Positions 49,906 to 60,500 of a stretch of DNA of 64,000 nt are shown one piece after another. Each line of letters opens with the position of its first letter. Position 1 is the stretch's first letter. Both the position numbers and the translations under genes were made by a program. Source of the stretch: Nitrospirota bacterium (lineage in GTDB: Bacteria; Nitrospirota; UBA9217); contig CAVTRN010000001.1 of assembly GCA_963737155.1 (NCBI GenBank), forward strand, positions 32,001 to 96,000. The letters run 5' to 3'. The notes beneath the pieces are model-generated. The model made no database searches. It saw only the letters and a program-made list of their open reading frames with translations, and was not told where the DNA came from.

Positions 49906-52620
49906 TTAATGAATACCTACGGTAGTGATGGAGCGGGGTTCCGTCCCCGCCGCGACCGGCGTGGACAGGGGTGTGAGCGCCCCGCCCGTGCCAATCGTGT
50001 ACTGTGAGATGGTGCCGTCAACTTCGTTCGCCACGTAGACGTACTGGCCCGTCTGGTCGACCGCGATGGCGTCGGGAAACGTCCCGGCGGGAACGGCAGA
50101 GGGGGTCATGGCCGAGAGCAACCCGCCGGACACGATATTGTACTCTGAGACGGTGCCGCCCTCGTTCGCCGCGTAGACGTACTGGCCCGAGGCAGTGAGG
50201 GCGGCGGGAGCTGCCCCCGCTCCTACCGTGGATGGGGTCAGGAAGGTGAGAATCCCGGCCGTGCCGATCGTGTACTCCGAGACATTGTCGCTGATCAAGT
50301 TGGCCGCATAGACGTACTGGCCCGTTGGGTCAACCGCGATGGCGTCGGGTTCCGACCCGGCAGCGATGTTCGGCGATGCAACGGAGGGCAATGTCAGCGC
50401 CCCGCCCGCGCCGATCCCGTACATCCAGACGGAGCCATCGAGGTTCGCCACGTAGACGTACGGGGCCGTGGGGTCGGCCGCGATGGCGGCGGGCTGCACC
50501 CCGGTTTCAACCGTAGAGGGGGTCATGGCCGAGAGCACTCCACCCGTGCCGATACTGTACTGCGAGATCGAATTGTTGCCGTTGTTCGCCACATAGACAT
50601 ACTTGCCCGAGGGATCGACGACGATGGCATCGGAAGCAGACACCGCGGTGACAGTGGACGGCGTCATGGCCGAGAGCGTCCCGCCCGTGCCGATCGTGTA
50701 CTGATAGACGATGCCGGAGCAAGAGTCAGTCGCGTAAGCATACTGGCCCGAGGGATCGGCCGTGACGGCGGAGGGACACGGAGACCCTGATGGCCCCGCC
50801 GCGACTGTGGGCGGGCTCATGGGGATGAGCGTCCCGGCCGGTGCGATCGTATACTGCGAGATGTTGCCGCTTTCCAGGTTCGCCACATAAGCATAGCCCA
50901 GGGCGGCGCTTGAAGACCATACCGCGTATAGAGTAACGTTGGCCGCAGGCATCGGGAAAGTCTGCCCCGGAGTATAGGTCGATCCGGTCCCGCCGGACAG
51001 CGTGTTCCAGCCCACGAAGGAGTAGCCGGTATTTACGAGGCTGCCCGTGTTGCCAAGCACCGTGACGGTCTGCCCCTCCTGGTAACTGTTTGGGTCAACC
51101 GGGGAAGTACCGCCGGTATTGCCGTTGCCGTTATAGATTACTGAATAGGTGAGTTTGGATGTCCACACTGCATACAGAGTAACATTGGCCGTACCCATGA
51201 TGAATTGCTGGCCCGGCGTATAGGTCGTTCCGGACCCATTCGCCTCCGTATTCCACCCCGCGAAGATGTAGCCGGCATTCACCAGGCTGCCGGTGTTCCC
51301 TAGCACCGTGACGGTCTGCCCCTCCTGGTACCTGTTCGCATCAACCGGGACGCTGCCGCCGGTATTGCCGTTGCCGCTGTAAGTCACGGAATATGCGGCA
51401 GGCGCTCCGAACGCGCCAATCGGGCATACTTGCGTAAGATCGAACCCGCTTTGGTATGTCTCTGACTGGCCGTTGGTGGTGACGGTGATGGACCCGTCGG
51501 AATTGTACGTGATCGTAGTCGCGCCATTGACCGTGAGTTCGCCCCCCGTTGTGTAGCCCAGGGCATCGTCGAACACGATCGGGGCGAGGGTCGCAAAGGC
51601 GAACTGGCCGTTCTTGCAAATTTCCGGGGTGAAGGTTATGCCGAGCGAGCCGCTCACGCTCATTTCCTGCTCCGATGCGGCGCCCGCGGTCACCGCCAGC
51701 TGAAAGTTGGAAAACGTCGCGGTCATGGAATTGCTGCCCGACGAAGAAAGCCAGGATTCGCCGAAGGTGCCGTTCGTCGTGTAGGTAGTCGTCGTCCCGG
51801 TAGCCGAAGTCGACAGAGCATAGGCGTCGGACAGGTTTGTGAGGATCACGGAATAAGTCTGGTCCGTGACAAGGTCATTTATGATCATGCCACCCCCGCC
51901 GATAAAAGCGGTCATCGAGGTCACTGCTGAACCGGAGACCGTCACGGAGACGGACATCGGAAGGCCGGTCATGGTGGTCTCGGAAAGCAGGGTTGAATAT
52001 CCGGGCCCGTAGTCCTTGAGCGTAAAGGCCGTCGATGTCAATGCGCTTCCCAGCGACACGTTCATGACGAAGCCTGACGGCGTGGATCCGAACGTCAAAA
52101 TATCATATTCGCCGTCTGCCTGCACGTCGTTTTCCCGGCATCCTGAGAAGTAGAGGGCGGCGAGGCCCCTGTCGGTGCTTTCGCCCACCGCATAGGATCC
52201 ACCGTCAGCGCAGGTTACGCTCGCGAGTGACGAGAGTTGCCGGATCGTCGCCCCCGCGACGCCGCTTGCGGCGGTGCCAGCCAGGTTTGCCGCGGCAAAC
52301 CTGGCCGTAACATTCACCAGCGTGCTCATCGCCGGACTCCGTTCAAAATTGCCGAAGGTGCCCGGCTGCGGCGCCTGGAGTCCTTGTTCGGCAAAAAGGC
52401 CGATATTCCCGAGATTGCTGAATGCCTGAGTCGTGCCCAGGGCCATATCGATCCCCTGGCTGATGCTTGAAGCCGCCTGAGCGCCCTGCGTGTTATTTTG
52501 TATTGATGTATTCCCGCCGCTGCTGCCGGATGAACTGCTGCTGCTGTGGCAGGCGCCAAGGAATATGACAACTCCCAGAACCAGAACCGCCGTCAATGCA
52601 AAAGAAGCATGCCTTTTCAT
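49906..52620 (-). CDS. Lipoprotein with InlB-B repeats and lactonase-type beta-propeller (paralog 1)
   Basis: GGAGG RBS, lipobox LGAC, two GWNT repeats and seven DP.G.YVYVAN-type blades. Confidence 0.85.
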   Translation of the reverse strand: MKRHASFALTAVLVLGVVIFLGACHSSSSSSGSSGGNTSIQNNTQGAQAASSISQGIDMALGTTQAFSNLGNIGLFAEQGLQAPQPGTFGNFERSPAMSTLVNVTARFAAANLAGTAASGVAGATIRQLSSLASVTCADGGSYAVGESTDRGLAALYFSGCRENDVQADGEYDILTFGSTPSGFVMNVSLGSALTSTAFTLKDYGPGYSTLLSETTMTGLPMSVSVTVSGSAVTSMTAFIGGGGMIINDLVTDQTYSVILTNLSDAYALSTSATGTTTTYTTNGTFGESWLSSSGSNSMTATFSNFQLAVTAGAASEQEMSVSGSLGITFTPEICKNGQFAFATLAPIVFDDALGYTTGGELTVNGATTITYNSDGSITVTTNGQSETYQSGFDLTQVCPIGAFGAPAAYSVTYSGNGNTGGSVPVDANRYQEGQTVTVLGNTGSLVNAGYIFAGWNTEANGSGTTYTPGQQFIMGTANVTLYAVWTSKLTYSVIYNGNGNTGGTSPVDPNSYQEGQTVTVLGNTGSLVNTGYSFVGWNTLSGGTGSTYTPGQTFPMPAANVTLYAVWSSSAALGYAYVANLESGNISQYTIAPAGTLIPMSPPTVAAGPSGSPCPSAVTADPSGQYAYATDSCSGIVYQYTIGTGGTLSAMTPSTVTAVSASDAIVVDPSGKYVYVANNGNNSISQYSIGTGGVLSAMTPSTVETGVQPAAIAADPTAPYVYVANLDGSVWMYGIGAGGALTLPSVASPNIAAGSEPDAIAVDPTGQYVYAANLISDNVSEYTIGTAGILTFLTPSTVGAGAAPAALTASGQYVYAANEGGTVSEYNIVSGGLLSAMTPSAVPAGTFPDAIAVDQTGQYVYVANEVDGTISQYTIGTGGALTPLSTPVAAGTEPRSITTVGIH

Positions 52621-53396
52621 GGAGGCCTCCAATGTTCAATAAAGTACCAACAAATGCTTTGGACCGCAGGCGACGGGCGGCTGAAGTTCTGATTGCCCCG
52701 CCTTTCAGCAATTTACGATGTGCACATTGCTTTTCCCTGATCCCGCAAATAACGCAGGGGGAAAGATACCACAAAAATTCAGAATATTATATATTTTCTC
52801 GGGCGGTTTGTATATCAGTACTTCATCTGTGATGGGCCTGCTGCGCAAGCGGCTTTTTGAGTTCTTCTCCGCGATAGAAGCATCATGAAATCGTGGGGCG
52901 ATTCAGGGCAAAACTGATTCGTGCGGCAAGCTCTGACGGGTAAATTAAACAGGGCGAAAAACACCGCAAGAAATCAGTATTTTATATTTTTTATCGGAGG
53001 CATTGTATTCCAAAATAGCAGCGCAGGTTAAATTCATCAGAGAGCCGGATAAAAGTGCATTCAAGGTCCCGCGGGTCCGTTGTCCTGTGGATCTGTCCCC
53101 GAAAATCGTGCGATAACCGGTCAGAGTGCGAGATAATAGGGCACTCAAAAAAGAGGGCATAAAAGAATGAGGGCAAATGCCTAAAGAGGTAGATGGTCAG
53201 GATGCTGAAGAGGCCGCTTCGGGGTGTAAGATCACGGGTTTTTGCCAGCCGGCGTGCGCAATTTCGTCCCGGGCTGAAAAAGCCATGAACGGCAGAGAAA
53301 AGTAAGGCGATAAGCGGGCAACGGTCGATCATGAATTCCGCCCCGCTTTCCCCTCTTGTCAGCCGCCTGAGGCGGCTTCGATCCAATTAACAAAGA

Positions 53397-53423
53397 GCCC
53401 CGGCGTCCTCCGGACGCCGGGGC
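53397..53423 (-). terminator. Intrinsic terminator
   Basis: GCCCCGGCGTCC-3-GGACGCCGGGGC followed by TCTTTGTT on the minus strand. Confidence 0.7.
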
Positions 53424-53435
53424 ATTCCGCTGTTA

Positions 53436-56141
53436 TTAATGAATGCCTACGGTCACGATGGAGCGGGGACCATACCCTGCCGGGACCGTGGGTGTGGTCA
53501 TGGACGTGAGCGTCCCGTCCAGGCCGATCGCGTACTGCGAAACGGTGCCGTCACCATAGTTCGTCACGTAGACGTACTGGCCCGTGGGGTCGGCCGCGAC
53601 ACCGGTGGGGTCCGTCCCCGCCGCGACCGTAAACGGGCTCAAGGCTGAGAGCGTCCCACCCGAGACGATCGCGTACTGCGTGATTTCGTTTTCGCCGGAG
53701 TCTGCCACGTAGACGTACTTGCCCGAGACCGCGATGATGTCCTCGGCAGCTGCCCCCGTATTGTATGTGGATGGTGTCAGGAATGAGAGAACCCCACCCC
53801 CGCCGATCGCGTACTGATAGATGGCGCCGCTGTAAGCAGTAAAGCTTGGCTCGTAGACGTACTGGCCCGAGACTGCGATGGCTTCCGAGAACGCCCCGGC
53901 TACGATCGGCGCGCCGGTCGCGGATAATGACAGCGCCCCGCCCGCGCCGATGTCGTACAGCGAGATGGTGCCATTGGCTGCGTCATTCGCCACATAGAGG
54001 TACGAGCCCGTAGGATCGGTCGCGAGGGCTGCGGGAGCAGAAACTGCCGCGACCGTGGGCGTGGTCAGGGACGCGAGCGTCCCATCCAGGCCGATCGCGT
54101 ACTGCGAGATGCTTTTGCCGCCTTCATTGGCCACGTAGACATGCTGGCCCGAGGGGTCGACAATGACCGATGTCGGAAAGGCCCCCGCTGCGAACGAGCC
54201 CGGGGTCATGGGTGTGAGCAGCCCACCCGCGCCTATCGTGTATTGGTAGACTTTGTAGTTGTCGCAAACGTCAGTCGAGTAGACGTACTTGCCCGAGGGG
54301 TCGGCGGTGATGGAGTAGGTACACGACCCCGCCGCAACCGTGGGCGTGGTCATGGACGTGAGCGCCCCGTCCAGGCCGATCGTGTACTGCGATATGCTGC
54401 CAAGGTTGGCGGCATTGTTCGCCACGTAGACATAGCCCAGGACGGTGCTTGAGGTCCACTGCGCGACCAGGACGACATCGGACGCCGGCATCGAGAAGGT
54501 CTGCCCCGGCTGATAGGTCGTGCTGATCCCGTTCAACGCCAATTGCCAGCCCGCGAAGGAGTAGCCGGTCTTAACGAGGCCGCCGGTATTGCTGAGCACC
54601 GTGACGGTAGCTCCCTGCAGGTAATTGTTTGAGTCAACCGGAACGCTGCCGGTGGTAGCGGCGCCGCCGTTATACGTCACGGTGTATGTGGGGCTGGTGG
54701 TCCACACCGCGTACAGGGCGACATTTGCCGTGCCCATCGCGAAGGTCTGCCCCGGCGTATAGGTCGTGCCGGACCCGTCGGCCGCTGTGTTCCAGCCCGC
54801 GAAGGAATAGCCTGTATTCACAAGGTCACCGGTATTGCTGAGCACCGTGACGGTCTGCCCCTCCTGGTACATGTTTGAATCAATAGGGACGCTGCCACTG
54901 GTACTGCCGTTGCCGTTATAGGTTACGGTATAGGTGGCGGGCTCGCCGAACGTGGCGGTCGGACAAACCTGTGCAAGATTGTACAGACTGGGATATGTCT
55001 GCGATTGGTTGCCCGTTGCCACGGTGACGGTCCCATCGGAATTGTACGTGATCGTCGTCGCACCATTGACCGTGAGTTTGCCTGCTGTCGTGGTACCCAG
55101 GGAATCATACACGATCGGCGTATTCGTCAGAAATGTGAATGTGCCGTTCTGGCAAAATGCCGGAGTGAAGGCTATGGAAAGCGTACCGCTGACGCTCAAA
55201 GCCTCCGATGCACTACCCGGAGTTATAGCCAGCTGAAAGTTGGTGAACGTTGCGGTCACGGAGTCGCTGCCCGTTGAAGTGGTCCAGGATTCAGCGAAGG
55301 TGCCGTTCATGGTGAGGGAAGTTGTGCCTGAAGTCGAAATAGCGAAGGAATCGGACAGTCTCGTGAGGGATACGGAATAAGTTTGCGCGCTGGCATAATC
55401 ATTGATGCTCATGCTGCCAGCATTGACATAAGTGTTCGCCGCGGCCACTGTTGAACCGGCAAGTGTCAAGGTGAGGCTCATCGGAAAACCGGTCATCGTG
55501 GTCTTCGAAATCAAGGTTGTATATCCAGGTCCATAGTCCTGGAGCGTAAAAGCTGTCGGCGTCAATGCGCTTCCCAGCGTCACGCTCATGCTGTAACCCG
55601 ATGTCACGGGCGCAAATATCTGGATATCGTATTCGCCGTCGACCTGCACATCGTCTTCGCGGCAGCCCGAGAAGAAGAGGGCGGCAAGACCGCCGTCAGT
55701 GCTCTGGCCCAACGTATACGTTCCGCCGTCAGTACAGGTTCCGCTCCCCAAAGACAAAAGATGCGGGGACGTGACGCCGCTTGCTGCGGTGGCAGCCAAA
55801 TGTGCCATGGCGAATTTACTCGTAACGCCGACCAGCCTGCTTATCGCCGGACTCTGTTCATAATTTCCGAAGGCGCCCGGCGATGGCGCTGTGATCCCTT
55901 CCTCGGCGAACCCGATACTGCCGAGATTGCCGAAGGCCTCCGTCATGCCCAGGGCCATATTGATCCCATGGCTGGCGCTTGAAGCCGCCTGGGAACCCTG
56001 GGTGTTATTCTGGATTGTCGTATTCCCGCCGCTGCTGGCAGGTGTACTGCTGCTGCTTCCGCCGCTGCTGCAGGCACCAAGAATTATCACCATGCCAAGA
56101 ACCAGTACCGCAATCAATGCTAATGAAGCATACCTTTTCAT
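53436..56141 (-). CDS. Lipoprotein with InlB-B repeats and lactonase-type beta-propeller (paralog 2)
   Basis: Colinear with 49906-52620 and shares the SI.TVGIH C-terminus. Confidence 0.85.
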   Translation of the reverse strand: MKRYASLALIAVLVLGMVIILGACSSGGSSSSTPASSGGNTTIQNNTQGSQAASSASHGINMALGMTEAFGNLGSIGFAEEGITAPSPGAFGNYEQSPAISRLVGVTSKFAMAHLAATAASGVTSPHLLSLGSGTCTDGGTYTLGQSTDGGLAALFFSGCREDDVQVDGEYDIQIFAPVTSGYSMSVTLGSALTPTAFTLQDYGPGYTTLISKTTMTGFPMSLTLTLAGSTVAAANTYVNAGSMSINDYASAQTYSVSLTRLSDSFAISTSGTTSLTMNGTFAESWTTSTGSDSVTATFTNFQLAITPGSASEALSVSGTLSIAFTPAFCQNGTFTFLTNTPIVYDSLGTTTAGKLTVNGATTITYNSDGTVTVATGNQSQTYPSLYNLAQVCPTATFGEPATYTVTYNGNGSTSGSVPIDSNMYQEGQTVTVLSNTGDLVNTGYSFAGWNTAADGSGTTYTPGQTFAMGTANVALYAVWTTSPTYTVTYNGGAATTGSVPVDSNNYLQGATVTVLSNTGGLVKTGYSFAGWQLALNGISTTYQPGQTFSMPASDVVLVAQWTSSTVLGYVYVANNAANLGSISQYTIGLDGALTSMTTPTVAAGSCTYSITADPSGKYVYSTDVCDNYKVYQYTIGAGGLLTPMTPGSFAAGAFPTSVIVDPSGQHVYVANEGGKSISQYAIGLDGTLASLTTPTVAAVSAPAALATDPTGSYLYVANDAANGTISLYDIGAGGALSLSATGAPIVAGAFSEAIAVSGQYVYEPSFTAYSGAIYQYAIGGGGVLSFLTPSTYNTGAAAEDIIAVSGKYVYVADSGENEITQYAIVSGGTLSALSPFTVAAGTDPTGVAADPTGQYVYVTNYGDGTVSQYAIGLDGTLTSMTTPTVPAGYGPRSIVTVGIH

Positions 56142-56772
56142 AGACTCCTCCATTTCTCAGTTAGTAATAATGCCAAAATACAGTAAAACGAAGAAAACGG
56201 AAAGATGTATTTTTGATTACTATTGTTTGCCAAACTGCCATTACACATTGCTTTTGATTGATCTTGTGAATAACGCAGTGAGAAAGATACTATAAAAATT
56301 TAACATATCAGATATTTAATCAAGTGGTTTGTATTGCGGTACTTCAGATATGACAGGTTGAATAGAGCTAGATGAAAAATACTCTAAGAAATGCAGACTT
56401 AATATTTTTTTAAGGAGCGAACCGAATTCAAAAACAAAAAAATTCAGGCTCAATTAATTATATACCCGCATGAGAGCGTATTCAAGGTCCCTGTCGGAAT
56501 TCCGGGAAGGGAGTTCTCCGCTGTGAGCTGCGGGGAGAGCCCCACAAAGGCAACGACACATAACCGGCGTCATTCGTCACCGCGAGAAAATTGGGGGATT
56601 CGTAATACAGCGTGGATTTATATTATTACTCGTCAATATATCGATGGTGATACAGTATTCCAAATAAACCATCGATGGAGGACATAATGAAAGCCGTAAC
56701 CGTTTGACCCAAAATAGCTCCGCGCGATGTTCGAGAAATGCCGAGCATGAGACCGGGTGAAAAAATGCAGGT

Positions 56773-56922
56773 AGTGAATTACCCCGCAGCAAGCTGCGGG
56801 GCATCGGAACTTGAAACCTTAAAAAAGCACAACAAAGAAGCTGAAGACTTATCCTGGCTTCGCCAGGATGTCCTTTTCATCCCAGCAGCAAGCTGCTGGG
56901 TATTTCAGGACTGTTTTATAAA
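56773..56922. mobile_element. Palindromic miniature element (PATE-like), copy 2
   Basis: Direct repeat of 39589-39738 with one mismatch. Confidence 0.75.
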
Positions 56923-57500
56923 CACATTTAGACTTATTGAATCAGTTTTTAAGTAACTTTGGTATTAGATTATTCCTAATAAAAAGCTGTAATTGTATCT
57001 GATATAATAAATCTAAAGTAGATTGAAATAGTTGAGTGTGCCACCCAGTTCACTCGTCGGTTTTAATGCTCAATAAAATAAATTGCAACGAGAAATAATA
57101 TTTATACTGTTATTACACGATAAGTTTCTTTCATATCAAACTATGCAGTTTCTTGGATTGCAGTAATCTTTTCTTTACTTCACAGAGAAATCGTAATTGC
57201 AAGCAAAGGTAGTGCTCAGAAGGGCTTTCTCGTTCACCTAAAGTGCTTCGTGGTCATACTATCGCAGCATTTTTTCCCGTTAGCCTGTAATCCTGTAGCC
57301 CTATTCCTTATAAGAAGGGACAGTACGATTATTCGAATGCATATGCCCCTGCCCCGGGCGCGTACAACTACAATTATTGGAACAACTGAGTCACAGGTCA
57401 GTGAGCGTAGCGTTTTGATCCTTCCGAGGGCGTCCGCTGCAGAGCCGACATGAAGAAAGCCACTCGCTGCATGTGATGTGAGTGGAGATCAACGAGGGGT

Positions 57501-60500
57501 ATGAGGAAACGATTTATTATACTTATGGTGCTGCAGGCAGCAGTCATGCTGCTTTCGACGTGCGGCCAGAAGGGGCCGCTTCCGGCGGCCCCTATAACGC
57601 CGCCCACCGTGACCTCCATCACGCCCACCGATGGGGCGCTGAATGTCTCCGTAACCATAAACAACGGTATCGTGATAACATTCAGCAACGAAATGGATGC
57701 TTCGACCATCAATAACAAAACGATTACGCTTTGCTATAACGGCGAGCAGAGTTCGGTTCCCTCATCGGTTATCTACAGCAACGCGAACGGCAAGTTCACC
57801 GCCGTTCTTTTGCCATCAGTCGTATTGAATCCGAGTACCCTCTACACGGTAACAGTCGCCAATACCGTCATGGACACGACCGGAATCGCCATGTCCGCGG
57901 CATTCACCAGCTCTTTCATTACCGGGGTGACCATGCCGCTCAGGGTCATCGATGTCCAGCCCGAAGACCGGTCACAAAATGTCAGCACGACGACCGCTAT
58001 TTCAATCATGTTCAGTCAGCCTGTCGACCCGTCTACGGTTTCCTCGGACACGATAATACTCAGTACGCCGACTGGAAACGTTCCGGGCAATGTTTACTAT
58101 AATGCGGCGACGGCCTCGGCCACGTTCGAACCCCTGAGTCCTCTTCCTCCCAATTCTATCTACATCGTCAACGTTACAACCGGGGTGCAAACCGTGTCGG
58201 GCACTCCCATGACAGACGCCTTCGTAGCGAGTTTTGTGACCGGAGCAGGACCTGACATTGCAGCTCCCATGGTCATGTCGGCGCTCACCATCCCGTCCAC
58301 CACCGCCTCGGCGGCCGATGTGAACACGCCGATCAGTGTTACCTTCAGCGAACCGATGCTCCTGACGGGCCTCACGCCCTCGTCGATCATCGTCAGTAAC
58401 GGCACGACCGGGATTCCCGGCACGATCATGTATGTCGACAATACGGTCATTTTCATGCCAAGCACGTCCCTTGCACCGTCGACCCTCTATACGGTCAGCA
58501 TCCCCGAAGCGGTCAGCGATCTGTCCCTGAATTCATTGTCGTCCGAATATACCTGGAGCTTTACTACAGAACCAGAGGCCTCGGACAGCGTCCCGCCTGC
58601 CGTCCTTTCCACCTTCCCGACCAGCTCTGCGGTCAATGTGCCAATCTACAACGACGTGGTCGCGCTCTGCAGTGAAGCCGTGCTTACGAGCTCGATCACG
58701 CCGACCACTACCTTTACGCTTGTCGACGGGAACGGAACAAGCATCCCCGGGTGGGTCACTTCCAGCGGCGCCACGCTTGTATTTACGCCTACGCAGCCCC
58801 TGGCATACAGTACAAACTACGTTGCCGAAATTACCTCGCATGCCACCAACCTTGCGGGAAACCCGCTTGTCAGCAATACGTCCGGGGGGTATGCCTGGTC
58901 CTTTACTACCGAGGCCATTGCTACGTTCATCATCACGGCATCGACAGCGGGGGGGAACGGCAGTATCACGCCGTCCGGAGCAGTGATGCTGGTCTCGGGT
59001 GCGACCCAGACGTTCAGTATCACGCCGAATGCCGGCTACCAAATTGCGGACGTGCTGGTAGACGGCGTTTCGGTCGGCGCGGTGGCCTCCTACGCGTTCA
59101 CGAACGTAACGGCGAACCATACGATCAGCGCCAGCTTCTCAATCATCACCAACACCATAACGGCGACGGTATCCAGCGGGAGCGGTTCCATCAGCCCATC
59201 GGGCTCCATGACGGTGAATTATGGTGCAAGCCAGACCTTCACGTTCACCCCGGCTACGGGGTACTCTGTTGCCGGCGTGCTGGTGGATGGCGTTTCGGTC
59301 GGTGTGGTGACCTCCTATGCGTTCAATAATGTAACAACGAGCCACACCATATCGGTAAGTTTCTCGATTGACGCGTTTACGGTGACGTCGTCGGTCACCG
59401 GCAGTAATGGGACCATCAGCCCGTCGACCGCCCAGACGGTTACCTACAATGCGACGACGGCATTCACTGTAACGCCGTCCACGGGATACACCGCCTCCGT
59501 GGGTGGTACCTGCGGCGGCACGCTTAACGGCACCACGTACACGACGAACGCGATCACGGCGAACTGCACGGTTGTGGCGAGCTTCTCGATCAACGGCAAC
59601 ACCATAACGGCGACGGTTTCCAGCGGAAGCGGGTCCATCAGCCCATCGGGCTCCGTGTCGGTGAATTATGGTGCAAGCCAGACATTCACGATCACCCCGG
59701 CTACGGGGTACTCTGTTGCCAGCGTGCTGGTGGATGGCGTTTCGGCTGGCGCGGTGACCTCCTACACATTCACGGATGTTATAGCGAATCACACGATAAG
59801 CGCAAGCTTCTCGATCAAAACGTTTACCGTGACGCCGTCGGTCAGCGGCAGTAATGGGACCATCAGCCCGTCGGCCGCCCAGACGGTTAGCTATAACACG
59901 ACGACGGCATTCACCGTAACGCCGGCCACGGGATACACCGGCACGGTGGGCGGCACCTGCGGCGGCACGCTTAATGGCACCACGTACACGACGAACGCAA
60001 TCACGGCGAACTGCACGGTTGTGGCGAGCTTCTCGATCAACACCAACACCATAACGGCGACGGTTTCCAGCGGAAGCGGGTCCATCAGTCCATCGGGCTC
60101 CGTGGCGGTGAATTATGGTGCAAGCCAGGCATTCACGATCACGCCGGCTACGGGGTACTCTGTTGCCGGCGTGCTGGTGGATGGCGTTTCGGTTGGCGCG
60201 TTGACTTCCTACACATTCACGGATGTCATAACGAACCACACGATCAGCGCAAGCTTCTCGATCAAGACGTATACCGTAACGCCGTCGGTCAGCGGCAGTA
60301 ATGGGACCATCAGCCCGTCGACTGCCCAGACGGTCAGCTACGATTTAGCAACAACATTCACGGTAACGCCGGCCACGGGATACACTGCCGTCATGGGCGG
60401 CACCTGCGGCGGCACGCTGAACGGCAACACGTATACGACGAACGCGATCACGGCGAACTGCACGGTTGTGGCGAGCTTCTCGATCAAGACTCTTACCGTG

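Noticed and set aside
52900-52945. CAGGGCAAAAC resembling a c-di-GMP-I riboswitch start
   Set aside because: Wrong strand for the adjacent gene, and the GAAA loop and GACGCAAAG elements are missing.
59139-60239. 366-aa minus-strand repetitive ORF
   Set aside because: Antisense shadow of the repeat lipoprotein.
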